Positions 18,258 to 26,156 of a stretch of 64,000 nt of DNA are shown here, one piece after another. Under the pieces are notes generated by a model, which saw only the letters and a list, made by a program, of their open reading frames with translations, did no database searches and was not told the origin of the DNA. The position numbers and the translations under genes are program-made. This stretch comes from Candidatus Peribacteria bacterium. Lineage in GTDB: Bacteria; Patescibacteriota; Gracilibacteria; Peribacterales; Peribacteraceae. The DNA is taken from contig DMXL01000007.1 of assembly GCA_003483925.1 (NCBI GenBank), positions 30,504 through 94,503 on the forward strand. Direction: 5' to 3'. How positions within the stretch are numbered: the stretch's first letter is position 1; the number at the start of each line of letters is the position of its first letter.

Positions 18258-19253
18258 ATGAGGGGGCTAAGCTTAAGCCCTATGATCGCCCCTTCCACCC
18301 TCCAGCCGTTCCTCGGCTCCACCCTCTCTTCGACAGACTATTCAGGCCTTGGCAAGAAGTATGTCGGCAAGGTCCGGGATGTCTACATCCAGGAAGCGAA
18401 AAAACGCCGGATCCTCATCGCCACCGATCGTCAGTCTGCATTCGACATCCTCTGGTGCCAAATCCCGCTCAAGGGGCAGGTCTTAAGCGAGCTGAGTTCC
18501 TGGTGGTTCAAACGCATCGAGGACATCATGCCGACACATGTCATCGCCTTCCCCGATCCCAATGTCACCGTCGGCAAGGAGCTCAAGATGCTGCAAGTGG
18601 AAATCGTGGTGCGCGGGTACCTCACAGGATCGAGCAAGACGGCTGCGTGGACGAACTATGCCGCGGGCATGCGTGCCTTCTGCGGCAACACATTGCCGGA
18701 CGGCATGGTGAAGAACCAAGCATTCACTTCACCGATCATCACTCCGACCACGAAGGGCGAAGATGATGAGCTCATCGACCCTGCCGGCATCGTCGCACAC
18801 GGCTACGCGACGAAAGAGCAGTGGAAGGAGATCGAGGAGAAGGCTTTCGCCCTCTTCGAGCGCGGCCAGCACGTTGCGCGCGAGCGCGGTCTCATCCTCG
18901 TCGATACCAAGTACGAGATGGGCTACGACGAGCACGGAGTCCTCACCGTCGCCGACGAGGTTCACACGCCGGACTCATCGCGGTACTGGATCGCGGAGAG
19001 CTACCCGTCGCGGTTCGGAGCCAAGGAAGAACCCGAGAGCCTCGATAAGGAGTTTTTCCGCTTGTGGCTGCGAAGCCAGGGCTTCGAGTACGGCGGCTTC
19101 CGCCCCGCGATCACCGACGAGGTGCGCCTCATGCTGGGCGCGAAGTATATCGATCTCTACGAACGGGTGACGGGCGAACGATTCAAGATCCCAACAGAGA
19201 CGAATGTCGCCGAACGCATCCGGAAGAATCTTGAGCCGTACATGATCGCGTGA
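18258..19253 (+). CDS. purC: Phosphoribosylaminoimidazole-succinocarboxamide (SAICAR) synthase
   Basis: Motifs GKVRDVY, IATDRQSAFD and LILVDTKYEMG match SAICAR synthetase. An alternative start is the ATG at 18282 (MIAPSTLQ). Confidence 0.85.
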   Translation: MRGLSLSPMIAPSTLQPFLGSTLSSTDYSGLGKKYVGKVRDVYIQEAKKRRILIATDRQSAFDILWCQIPLKGQVLSELSSWWFKRIEDIMPTHVIAFPDPNVTVGKELKMLQVEIVVRGYLTGSSKTAAWTNYAAGMRAFCGNTLPDGMVKNQAFTSPIITPTTKGEDDELIDPAGIVAHGYATKEQWKEIEEKAFALFERGQHVARERGLILVDTKYEMGYDEHGVLTVADEVHTPDSSRYWIAESYPSRFGAKEEPESLDKEFFRLWLRSQGFEYGGFRPAITDEVRLMLGAKYIDLYERVTGERFKIPTETNVAERIRKNLEPYMIA

Positions 19254-19270
19254 CACTGATTTACACTGAG

Positions 19271-19345
19271 GTGAATTGTCACAGTGAGTTCGTCGAACTG
19301 CGACAATTCACTGCATGTCATGGTTCGACGGACTCACCATGACAT
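19271..19345. repeat. REP-like hairpin doublet (cores in opposite orientation)
   Basis: Hairpin A is GTGAATTGTC-acaGTGAGTTCGTCGAActgc-GACAATTCAC. Hairpin B is ATGTCATGG-TTCGACGGACTCA-CCATGACAT, whose core is the reverse complement of the TGAG..GTCGAA type. The doublet lies just after the purC stop. Confidence 0.7.
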
Positions 19346-19349
19346 GCGA

Positions 19350-19796
19350 TTAGTCGATAGGTTCTTCGATTTTCCACCCCGGCCTGATGCCGTTCGCCGC
19401 AGTGAATCCGGCTGGCACTTCGAGCGCGGCGCGGATCGGGCCGATGGAGCGATAGATGGGACAGGGATCGGTGCACGGGACCATCGTCTGCACCGATTCA
19501 AATTCATTTCCGGCGTCGAAGAAGATGACATCCAACGGGAAGGAAACGTTCTTCATCCAGAAGGCTTCCTCGCGCGGCGGATCGAACCGGAAGAGCATCC
19601 CGTGACCGTTTGCGAGTCCCTCCCGGAACATCAATCCGTTCTCGATATCCTCGGAAGACTCGACAATCTCGACGCTGACCTCCACCTGCCGTTCGCCCGG
19701 GCCTCTCAGGGTGATGACGCGCTCGACCTTCTCGGCGGAGAGCTGTGTGCACGCGGAGAGGAGAATGGCCGACAGGAGAACCGCTGCACGTTTCAT
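19350..19796 (-). CDS. DUF192-like lipoprotein
   Basis: 148 aa. It has a signal peptide with lipobox (MKRAAVLLSAILLSAC). GHGMLFRF..FWMKNVSFPLDVIFFD resembles DUF192. Its ATG overlaps the rpe stop (ATGA). Confidence 0.6.
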   Translation of the reverse strand: MKRAAVLLSAILLSACTQLSAEKVERVITLRGPGERQVEVSVEIVESSEDIENGLMFREGLANGHGMLFRFDPPREEAFWMKNVSFPLDVIFFDAGNEFESVQTMVPCTDPCPIYRSIGPIRAALEVPAGFTAANGIRPGWKIEEPID

Positions 19797-20437
19797 CCGC
19801 GGAGTTGGGAAATAGCTTTTGCCCTGTCTTTAGCGGAAAAAATGAAGTTGCCAGCCACGAGATTCGTCGCACCGGCGGACCGGCAGGCAACCGCCGTCTC
19901 CTGATCAACGCCGCCGTCCATCTGGATCATGAGGCCGGGGCGCTTCGCGTGCGCCTCGGAAACCTTCGCGAGTACTTCGGCGATGAACCCCTGCCCGCCG
20001 AACCCCGGATGCACGGACATGACGAGGAGCAGATCGATATCGTCGAAACTATCTTCGATCTTCGTGAGCGGCGTCTCCGGATTGAGGGCGATTCCGGCCG
20101 TGGCTCCACTCTTGCGAATGGCTTGCAGAAGGGCTCTGCGAGCTTTCGAATCCTGGACGGCTTCGGCATGGAACGTGATATGTTTCACGTGCAACTTCTG
20201 AAATTCTCCGATGCGATCGGACGGGTTGCTTACCATGAGATGCACATCGATCGGCAGGCGCGTCTTGAGGCACTTCACCACCGGCGCGCCGAAGCTCAAG
20301 TTCGGAACGAAGTGCCCGTCCATGACATCGATCTGCAGCCAATCCGCATGATCTTTCACGCTCTCGATTTCATCCTGCAGATGTCCGAGATCGGCAGAAA
20401 GAATGGAGGGGGTGATGAGGACGGAAGAACGTGACAT
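19793..20437 (-). CDS. rpe: Ribulose-phosphate 3-epimerase
   Basis: Motifs ITPSILSADLGHL, DVMDGHFVPNLSFG, HLMV, VHPGFGGQ and DGGV. Confidence 0.9.
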   Translation of the reverse strand: MSRSSVLITPSILSADLGHLQDEIESVKDHADWLQIDVMDGHFVPNLSFGAPVVKCLKTRLPIDVHLMVSNPSDRIGEFQKLHVKHITFHAEAVQDSKARRALLQAIRKSGATAGIALNPETPLTKIEDSFDDIDLLLVMSVHPGFGGQGFIAEVLAKVSEAHAKRPGLMIQMDGGVDQETAVACRSAGATNLVAGNFIFSAKDRAKAISQLRG

Positions 20438-20462
20438 ACCAGCATGCTAGCAGGAATCTCCC

Positions 20463-21386
20463 TTAGAGGAACAGAACGGAAAGGAGTGGAATAAAGGGCA
20501 GAGCAATGAGCGTACTCACCATTACCGCCACGGAAGCCTTCTCGGGGTGCACCTTGAGCGCCGACGAATAGACGACGGTGTTCACCGCGAGCGGCACCAT
20601 GCCCATGAGAAGGAGTACCCCATGCACATCTTCTCCGAAGACATGCAAAAAATGCCGATCGATCCCGATGAGCATGAGCATGAGCGCAGGCCAGATGACA
20701 CACTTGGCGATCGTCGTGAAGACGAGGAGCCGCCCATCGAACGCCGAGCGACTCTGCCGGGCGAGAGCGATCCCGATGAGCATCATGCCGAAGATGCTGT
20801 ATGCGCTGCGCACGCCGTCGAGTGCCGTGACGAGCAACGCCGGGGGAGTGAATCCAACGGCATTGACTGCGAGGCCGAGGACGAACGCATACAAGAGCGG
20901 CAACTTGATCAATTTCACCACGCTCTCGCGGTACGAATAGTTGCCGCGGGCAAGTAGGAAGAATCCCGTGGTGCATTCGTACAGAACGAATCCGAAGGAA
21001 CTTAAGACCACGATACCGAGGATATCTTTCGGGAAGAGGGCCAGAGCCACCGGGATGCCGAAATACCCCGTATTGCCGTTCGCAGAGGCAAACGCGGCAA
21101 GATTGCGCATAGAGTCCCCCCTCTTCCAAACGCATGATCCTATCGAAAAGAAAATCCAACAGAGCGTGCTGCAAATGATCAGGAAAAGAAGCGGAAGGGA
21201 GAGCGTCCCGCGATTGAGCGTAACAGTCATCGCCCCGTCCATGACAACGAGCGGCGAGAGAATGTACAGAAGCAGGAAGGCAACGGGGTCCCGCTTCACT
21301 CTAAAAAATACGCCCGCAACATATCCGAGGGCGATGAGGATGTAGAGCGGGAAGAGCTTTTGGAGAAGGATGAAGAAGAGCTCCAT
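20463..21386 (-). CDS. AEC (auxin efflux carrier) family transporter
   Basis: The ORF track gives 20463..21413. The ATG at 21384-21386 (MELFFILLQKLFPLYILIALGYVAG) avoids overlap with rpiB. The protein has about 10 TM helices and a typical AEC N-terminus. Confidence 0.65.
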   Translation of the reverse strand: MELFFILLQKLFPLYILIALGYVAGVFFRVKRDPVAFLLLYILSPLVVMDGAMTVTLNRGTLSLPLLFLIICSTLCWIFFSIGSCVWKRGDSMRNLAAFASANGNTGYFGIPVALALFPKDILGIVVLSSFGFVLYECTTGFFLLARGNYSYRESVVKLIKLPLLYAFVLGLAVNAVGFTPPALLVTALDGVRSAYSIFGMMLIGIALARQSRSAFDGRLLVFTTIAKCVIWPALMLMLIGIDRHFLHVFGEDVHGVLLLMGMVPLAVNTVVYSSALKVHPEKASVAVMVSTLIALPFIPLLSVLFL

Positions 21387-21390
21387 GGAT

Positions 21391-21828
21391 CTATCGGTCG
21401 AGATCTTGAACACGCTTCACATGCCTCCCCCCCTCGAAGTCCGTCGTGAGGAAGATATCTGTGAAACGCTTGGCATCTTCTTCCTTGGTCAACCGGTCGC
21501 CGAGGCTCATCACATTCGCATCGTTGTGGGCGCGTGCGAGGCGCGCGGTTTCATCACTGTAGACGAGCGCCGCGCGAATGCCGCGGACTTTGTTCGCCGC
21601 CATGGCTTCGCCATTGCCGCTCCCGCCGAAGATGATCCCAAAGATCCCCTGCTCGAGGACGACGGCGCAGCCCTTGCGAATGATCGCCGGATAATCCACG
21701 GACTCCTCGGAAAAAGTCCCGGAGTCGATCACATCGACGCCCTTCGAAGTAAGATACTTTTTTATGGCTTCCTTGAGAGGAAAACCTGCATGGTCAGCGG
21801 CGAGGGCGACGCGCGGAGGGAGCTTCAC
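21391..21828 (-). CDS. rpiB: Ribose-5-phosphate isomerase B
   Basis: Motifs LAADHAGFPLKE and GIIFGGSGNGEAMAANKVRGIRAAL match the RpiB/LacAB family. GTG start at 21826-21828. Confidence 0.85.
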   Translation of the reverse strand: MKLPPRVALAADHAGFPLKEAIKKYLTSKGVDVIDSGTFSEESVDYPAIIRKGCAVVLEQGIFGIIFGGSGNGEAMAANKVRGIRAALVYSDETARLARAHNDANVMSLGDRLTKEEDAKRFTDIFLTTDFEGGRHVKRVQDLDR

Positions 21829-21874
21829 GGGAGAAAGGATAGCACCCTCTTCCGCGCTTCACTATGCTAGTGGC
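21829..21874. promoter_or_regulatory. Back-to-back near-leaderless promoters for rpiB (-) and tpiA (+)
   Basis: On the minus strand, the extended -10 TGCTATCCT (21836-21844) lies 7 nt from the rpiB GTG. On the plus strand, TATGCT (21863-21868) lies 6 nt from the tpiA ATG. Confidence 0.45.
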
Positions 21875-22585
21875 ATGAGTGACCGCAAATACCTCATCGC
21901 CGCCAACTGGAAAATGAACCCGGCGCCGCAGGGCGCACTTGCGAAGGATTCTCCGTACCGCACCTTAAGCTCTGTGGACGTATGGGTGTTCCCCACGTAT
22001 CTCGACTTACAGCCCTGCATCGAAGCAGGACTCATCACGGGGGCACAGCTCGGATCGAGCGCTGCGAATGGAGCCCACACGGGCGACGTGAGTATGACGA
22101 TGCTGACAGAACTCAAGTGCCGGTCGGTCCTCTGCGGGCATTCGGAACGGCGCCACGGCCGCCACGAGACGAACGAGGAAGTGATCGCGCAGACGATTGC
22201 CGCTCTCGAAGCGGGACTCCACCCGATCGTGTGCGTCGGCGAGACCCTGAAACAGCGTGAAGCCGGCGAGGAGAAGGAGGTGGTGCGCAAGCAGTTGGAA
22301 GGTCTCCCCGTCGAGTCGCGTATCATCATCGCTTACGAGCCGGTTTGGGCTATAGGTACAGGAAAAACCGCCACTCCGGCGCAAGCACAGGAGATGCATG
22401 CCTCCATCCGGGGTCTCCTGCCCAAGGACGTGCGAGACTCCACGCGCATCCTCTACGGAGGATCGGTGAAGCCGGATAATGCTCCAGAGCTCCTCAAACA
22501 AAAGGATATTGATGGCGCCCTCGTAGGAGGAGCGTCCCTCAAGCCGGATGAATTCCGCGCTATCGTGGAGGCGGCAATCGGATGA
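21875..22585 (+). CDS. tpiA: Triosephosphate isomerase
   Basis: The ORF track starts at 21764. The ATG at 21875 gives MSDRKYLIAANWKMN. Motifs CGHSERR and AYEPVWAIGTG are present. Confidence 0.9.
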   Translation: MSDRKYLIAANWKMNPAPQGALAKDSPYRTLSSVDVWVFPTYLDLQPCIEAGLITGAQLGSSAANGAHTGDVSMTMLTELKCRSVLCGHSERRHGRHETNEEVIAQTIAALEAGLHPIVCVGETLKQREAGEEKEVVRKQLEGLPVESRIIIAYEPVWAIGTGKTATPAQAQEMHASIRGLLPKDVRDSTRILYGGSVKPDNAPELLKQKDIDGALVGGASLKPDEFRAIVEAAIG

Positions 22586-22588
22586 GTT

Positions 22589-23527
22589 CTAGACTCTCCG
22601 TTTCTCCGCCACCGCTGTCACGAAAGCGCAGAAGTACGCGAGTTGTATCTGTCCGAAAATCGCCACCAGGAGCGATGCCACGGAGCCTGTCCAGAGGATG
22701 AGGCCCGTGAAGATATTCATGAGGAGCGTCAAAAGTACGATCACCAGAAAGAACGAGATGATGAGGAACCCCCACCGCGCACGCGTCCGATCGAAGCTCT
22801 CCCGAATGCTCTCAAGGGGCGCCGTACCGTGCAGATGAATGGGGAGAGCCGGCAGGCTCCGCGGGAGCAGGATGAGCGCGGGAAGCGCGCTTGCGATGAG
22901 CAACAACGCCGCAGGGAGGGCGGACTCCATAAATCGCGCGGAAAGCAGCAGAACGACGAAAGGCAACCACAGGAGCGAACTGAAAAAGACCCAAAGATCT
23001 GTCAGGAGCATCTTCGGGAATGCCCGTAGCGACCGGCGAACCATCGCAAGCACGTCCGTACCTTGCTGCATGATCACAAAGAAGAACGCACTGGAAAATA
23101 CAATGATGATCACTGAGAGAACCATGTGGAGGAGACGGAGCGGCGCAACCACCTGCGTGGCGATGCGCGCACGGGACTGAAGCAGGGCATCGCGCTCCTC
23201 CTTGGGCATGGCTTGTAATGCCTGCTCCGCTTCCATGAGCTTGCCGATTGCATCGTCGAACGCAGTCTGGTCTCCGCTCTGCATGCGTTCATTGAGTACA
23301 TTCAGACGATCCTCGCCCAACTCCAGCGAGATGAGGGCGCGCTTGTACTGCATCTCCATCTCCCGATCGATGGACCCCTGTACGGCGAAGAGGATGATGC
23401 CGAAGAGCACCGAGCCGACGATCATCGGCTTCCCTGTGCCTAACAGAAGCGACCAGCTGTTCTTGAGAAGTTTGAGAAAGAGAACCATAACGCTGCCCCC
23501 CACTCTACGCGCCGGCGCAAGCCTCAC
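22589..23527 (-). CDS. Membrane protein, unknown function
   Basis: 312-aa ORF with several TM helices and a coiled central loop. The start may instead be M14 at 23488 (MVLFLKLL). No recognisable motif. Confidence 0.45.
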   Translation of the reverse strand: MRLAPARRVGGSVMVLFLKLLKNSWSLLLGTGKPMIVGSVLFGIILFAVQGSIDREMEMQYKRALISLELGEDRLNVLNERMQSGDQTAFDDAIGKLMEAEQALQAMPKEERDALLQSRARIATQVVAPLRLLHMVLSVIIIVFSSAFFFVIMQQGTDVLAMVRRSLRAFPKMLLTDLWVFFSSLLWLPFVVLLLSARFMESALPAALLLIASALPALILLPRSLPALPIHLHGTAPLESIRESFDRTRARWGFLIISFFLVIVLLTLLMNIFTGLILWTGSVASLLVAIFGQIQLAYFCAFVTAVAEKRRV

Positions 23528-23533
23528 AAAGCG

Positions 23534-24613
23534 CTAGTTCTTGACCCACTGGCCGTTTCCAACGGTCTTCGCCGCACCGGACAATTCCAACATCGTCAGC
23601 GTCGCATTCACGGGACCCGCCGCGAGACCTGCGCGCTGGGCGATGTCCCCGACCGATTGCGGCATGGTTGTGAGTGCTCCGTGGACCTTCGCCTCCTGAT
23701 TGGAACGCGGAGTGAAGGAGGATGTCGATCGGTCTGCAGCGACGATGCCGACTTCCTGCAACACGTCCTGAGGAGTCGTGACGAGCTTGGCCAAGCCGCG
23801 GGAGATGATCTGATGACAGCCGATGAAATTTTCGTCGAAGATCTGTCCCGGAACCGCAAATACATCGCGTCCGTAGTCCAACGCCAGATCGGCGGTGATG
23901 AGTGCTCCGCTCCCCTCGCCCGCCTCGAGCACGATCGTCCCCAAGGAGAGTCCCGCGATGATGCGATTGCGCGCGGGGAACGTAAACTTATCGGGAGTCG
24001 TATCGAGTGGAAATTCCGAAAGGAGGAGGCCTCCCCCTTTGACGATTTCCTCCGCGAGGCGGGCGTTCTTCGCCGGAAAGATGGAGGCCAATCCATGACC
24101 GAGCGCCGCGACAGTTTTCCCTCCGGCGCGCATGGTCTCCCTGGCCACTACGGCATCAATCCCTTCGGCCAATCCGCTCACCGTGACAACCCCGGCCGCA
24201 ACGATCGGTCCTACAAATGCCTCCGCCACACGCTGGCCGTAGGGCGATATCTTGCGCGTACCGACGAGCGCGATACACGGTTGATCCAGAATCGTGAGAT
24301 CTCCCCGGTAATAGAGAAACATCGGCGGGTCGCCGATCTCCTTCAGTCGAGACGGATAGGCATCATCTTCGATGGTGAGGAAATGCACGTCGCGCTTCTT
24401 GAGCTCCGCTTCGTACTGATCGACATCAAATTCTTCCAGCCGGTTGAGGACCTTCATGACCGTATCGCCGCGGCAGCCGAGCTTCGTGAGGAATTCCTCG
24501 CCGATCGCGCCCAGTGCCCGGTCGAGATCGCCGAACGCCCCCTTGAGCATGTCCGCACGCTTCTTCGTGAGAAGATGGAGCCAAGACCAGGTGAGGGCGG
24601 CGGTACGATCCAT
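23534..24613 (-). CDS. dprA: DNA-processing protein A (DprA/Smf)
   Basis: Motifs LVGTRKISPYG, GLAEGIDAVVARE, FPARNRIIAGLS and VLEAGEGSGALITA. The ORF track N-terminus (to 24754) is the antisense of the tRNA, so I place the start at the ATG at 24611-24613 (MDRTAALTW). Confidence 0.85.
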   Translation of the reverse strand: MDRTAALTWSWLHLLTKKRADMLKGAFGDLDRALGAIGEEFLTKLGCRGDTVMKVLNRLEEFDVDQYEAELKKRDVHFLTIEDDAYPSRLKEIGDPPMFLYYRGDLTILDQPCIALVGTRKISPYGQRVAEAFVGPIVAAGVVTVSGLAEGIDAVVARETMRAGGKTVAALGHGLASIFPAKNARLAEEIVKGGGLLLSEFPLDTTPDKFTFPARNRIIAGLSLGTIVLEAGEGSGALITADLALDYGRDVFAVPGQIFDENFIGCHQIISRGLAKLVTTPQDVLQEVGIVAADRSTSSFTPRSNQEAKVHGALTTMPQSVGDIAQRAGLAAGPVNATLTMLELSGAAKTVGNGQWVKN

Positions 24614-24669
24614 AATGGAAAGAAATTGTTGCGCATCTGCTGCTCCCACGCCACAATTTCTCTCGCTAA

Positions 24670-24744
24670 GCCGCCCTAGCTCAGTGGTAGAGCATCGGTA
24701 TCGTAAACCGAGGGTCGTGGGTTCAAATCCCATGGGCGGCTCCA
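24670..24744 (+). tRNA. tRNA-Thr (anticodon CGU), CCA encoded
   Basis: Hand-folded cloverleaf. The acceptor stem GCCGCCC/GGGCGGC is perfect. D arm is GCTC-AGTGGTA-GAGC. The anticodon arm TCGGT-ATCGTAA-ACCGA gives anticodon CGT. T arm is GTGGG-TTCAAAT-CCCAT, followed by T and CCA. Confidence 0.93.
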
Positions 24745-24747
24745 ATC

Positions 24748-24776
24748 TTGACATCTTCTATCAAGAGAAGTACGGT
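24748..24776 (+). promoter_or_regulatory. Candidate promoter of the asd leader (TTGACA-N17-TACGGT)
   Basis: TTGACA lies at 24748-24753 and TACGGT at 24771-24776. The leader-peptide ATG follows 8 nt later. Confidence 0.4.
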
Positions 24777-24784
24777 GCGATCAG

Positions 24785-24832
24785 ATGGTCTCCACCGTCC
24801 CCCTCACGGCCACCACGAAGCGCATCCCCTGA
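24785..24832 (+). CDS. Putative attenuator leader peptide 1 (15 aa: MVSTVPLTATTKRIP)
   Basis: The sequence is ATG GTC TCC ACC GTC CCC CTC ACG GCC ACC ACG AAG CGC ATC CCC TGA. Four of its 15 codons are Thr. The ACC-ACG-AAG codons overlap stem segment 1. Confidence 0.5.
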   Translation: MVSTVPLTATTKRIP

Positions 24833-24860
24833 TGTGCTGAGGTTTCGTGAGTATCGAATC

Positions 24861-24886
24861 ACAACCTCAGCGGAGGTTGTTTTTTG
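24861..24886 (+). terminator. Attenuator terminator 1
   Basis: ACAACCTC-agcg-GAGGTTGT followed by a T-run. The left arm can alternatively pair with GAGGTT at 24839-24844. Confidence 0.65.
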
Positions 24887-24908
24887 TATTCCTTCCCCCT
24901 TTCTTTCT

Positions 24909-24953
24909 ATGGCACACCGCCAAGCGACGAAGACCACGAAGCACACGCCCTAA
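24909..24953 (+). CDS. Putative attenuator leader peptide 2 (14 aa: MAHRQATKTTKHTP)
   Basis: The sequence is ATG GCA CAC CGC CAA GCG ACG AAG ACC ACG AAG CAC ACG CCC TAA. It has four Thr and two Lys codons. The same text forms the C-terminus of a spurious 169-aa track ORF. Confidence 0.5.
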   Translation: MAHRQATKTTKHTP

Positions 24954-24981
24954 TCAGGTCGAGGTTTCGTGATCAAGAACT

Positions 24982-25009
24982 GCAACCTCGGCCTCGGGGT
25001 TGTTTTTTT
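24982..25009 (+). terminator. Attenuator terminator 2
   Basis: GCAACCTCG-gcct-CGGGGTTG followed by T7. The left arm can alternatively pair with GAGGTT at 24961-24966. Confidence 0.65.
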
Positions 25010-25032
25010 ATATTCCCTTTCCCATCTTCCCC

Positions 25033-26109
25033 ATGAAAAACATTCCTTCCCCCTCCGGCGAGCGTCTGCCGGTGGAAATTCTCGGCGCCACCGGCATGGT
25101 GGGCCAGCACCTCATCACGCGGCTCACGGAGCATCCGTGGTTCCGCATCGAAGCGCTCAAAGCATCGGAGCGCTCCGCGGGCAAACGCTACGGAGACACT
25201 GTGGATTGGGCTCTCCCGCAACCCATTCCCAGAGACATAGCGCAGATGGAAGTGCTCGCCTGCGAACCTTCATTGCCGGGACGTATCGCGCTCTCCGGAC
25301 TCGATGCCGATATCGCCGGACCCATCGAGGAGCAGTTCGCAGAGTTCGGTTACCCGGTCGTCTCGAACGCGCGCAACCACCGATTCGATCCCGATGTGCC
25401 GCTGCTCATTCCCGAGGTGAACCGCGATCACCTCGCAATCATCGCCCATCAACGTTTCGCCGTCGGCTGCATCATCACCAATCCCAACTGTTCGACCGTC
25501 GGCATCACAATGGCCTTGAAACCGCTTCAGGATGCGTTCGGCGTCGAAGCGGCGGACATCGTCACCCTCCAGGCGGCATCGGGCGCGGGCAACCGACCGG
25601 GAGTCTCGAGTCTGCGTCTCATCGACAACACCATTCCTTTCATCGCCGGTGAAGAGGAAAAAATCCAAACAGAGCCGAAAAAAATCCTCGGCACGTATCG
25701 TGACGGTGTCATCCGTCCAGCCGAGATGGCGATCAGCGCGCAGTGCAATCGCGTCCCCGTGCGCGACGGGCACACGGCCTGCGTAAAAGTCGCCTTACGA
25801 ACGCGCGCTTCCCTTGAGAGCGTGATGGCGGCATTCGAGTCGTACGGAAGTCCGCTCAAAGAGCTTGAGCTGCCTTCGGCTCCCGACCATCCTCTCATCG
25901 TTCATCACCATCCCGCTCACCCGCAACCGTACTTTCATCGCGATCTTGAAGATGGAATGGCCGCAAGTGTCGGGCGAATCCAGCCGTGCGGCGTACTCGA
26001 CTACAAGTTCGTCGTGCTTTCGCACAATACCGTCCGCGGCGCAGCAGGTGCGGCTATTCTCAATGCCGAGCTCCTCGTTCGCACCGCCCTCTCGCAGGCA
26101 ATTCGGTGA
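25033..26109 (+). CDS. asd: Aspartate-semialdehyde dehydrogenase
   Basis: The ORF track starts at 25000. The ATG at 25033 gives MKNIPSPSGERLPVEILGATGMVGQ (Rossmann GxxGxxG). NPNCSTVG carries the active-site Cys. RVPVRDGHT and HNTVRGAAGAAILNAELL are also present. Confidence 0.85.
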   Translation: MKNIPSPSGERLPVEILGATGMVGQHLITRLTEHPWFRIEALKASERSAGKRYGDTVDWALPQPIPRDIAQMEVLACEPSLPGRIALSGLDADIAGPIEEQFAEFGYPVVSNARNHRFDPDVPLLIPEVNRDHLAIIAHQRFAVGCIITNPNCSTVGITMALKPLQDAFGVEAADIVTLQAASGAGNRPGVSSLRLIDNTIPFIAGEEEKIQTEPKKILGTYRDGVIRPAEMAISAQCNRVPVRDGHTACVKVALRTRASLESVMAAFESYGSPLKELELPSAPDHPLIVHHHPAHPQPYFHRDLEDGMAASVGRIQPCGVLDYKFVVLSHNTVRGAAGAAILNAELLVRTALSQAIR

Positions 26110-26122
26110 ACGGCGCCACCAG

Positions 26123-26156
26123 AAACAACCGCTTCGCGACAGAGGCGGTTGTTTTT
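26123..26156. terminator. Bidirectional terminator between asd and the convergent TPR gene
   Basis: AAACAACCGC-ttcgcgacagag-GCGGTTGTTT followed by tt. It overlaps the TAA stop of the minus-strand gene. Confidence 0.6.

Noticed and set aside
24614-24754. N-terminal 47 codons of the dprA track ORF (MSRLEPPMGFEPTTLGLRYRCSTTELG..)
   Set aside because: This stretch is the antisense translation of tRNA-Thr (24670-24744). The DprA homology begins after the ATG at 24613.
25000-25032. Upstream start of the asd track ORF (MFFYIPFPIFP)
   Set aside because: It would begin inside the T-run of attenuator terminator 2. The Rossmann-fold N-terminus aligns from the ATG at 25033.
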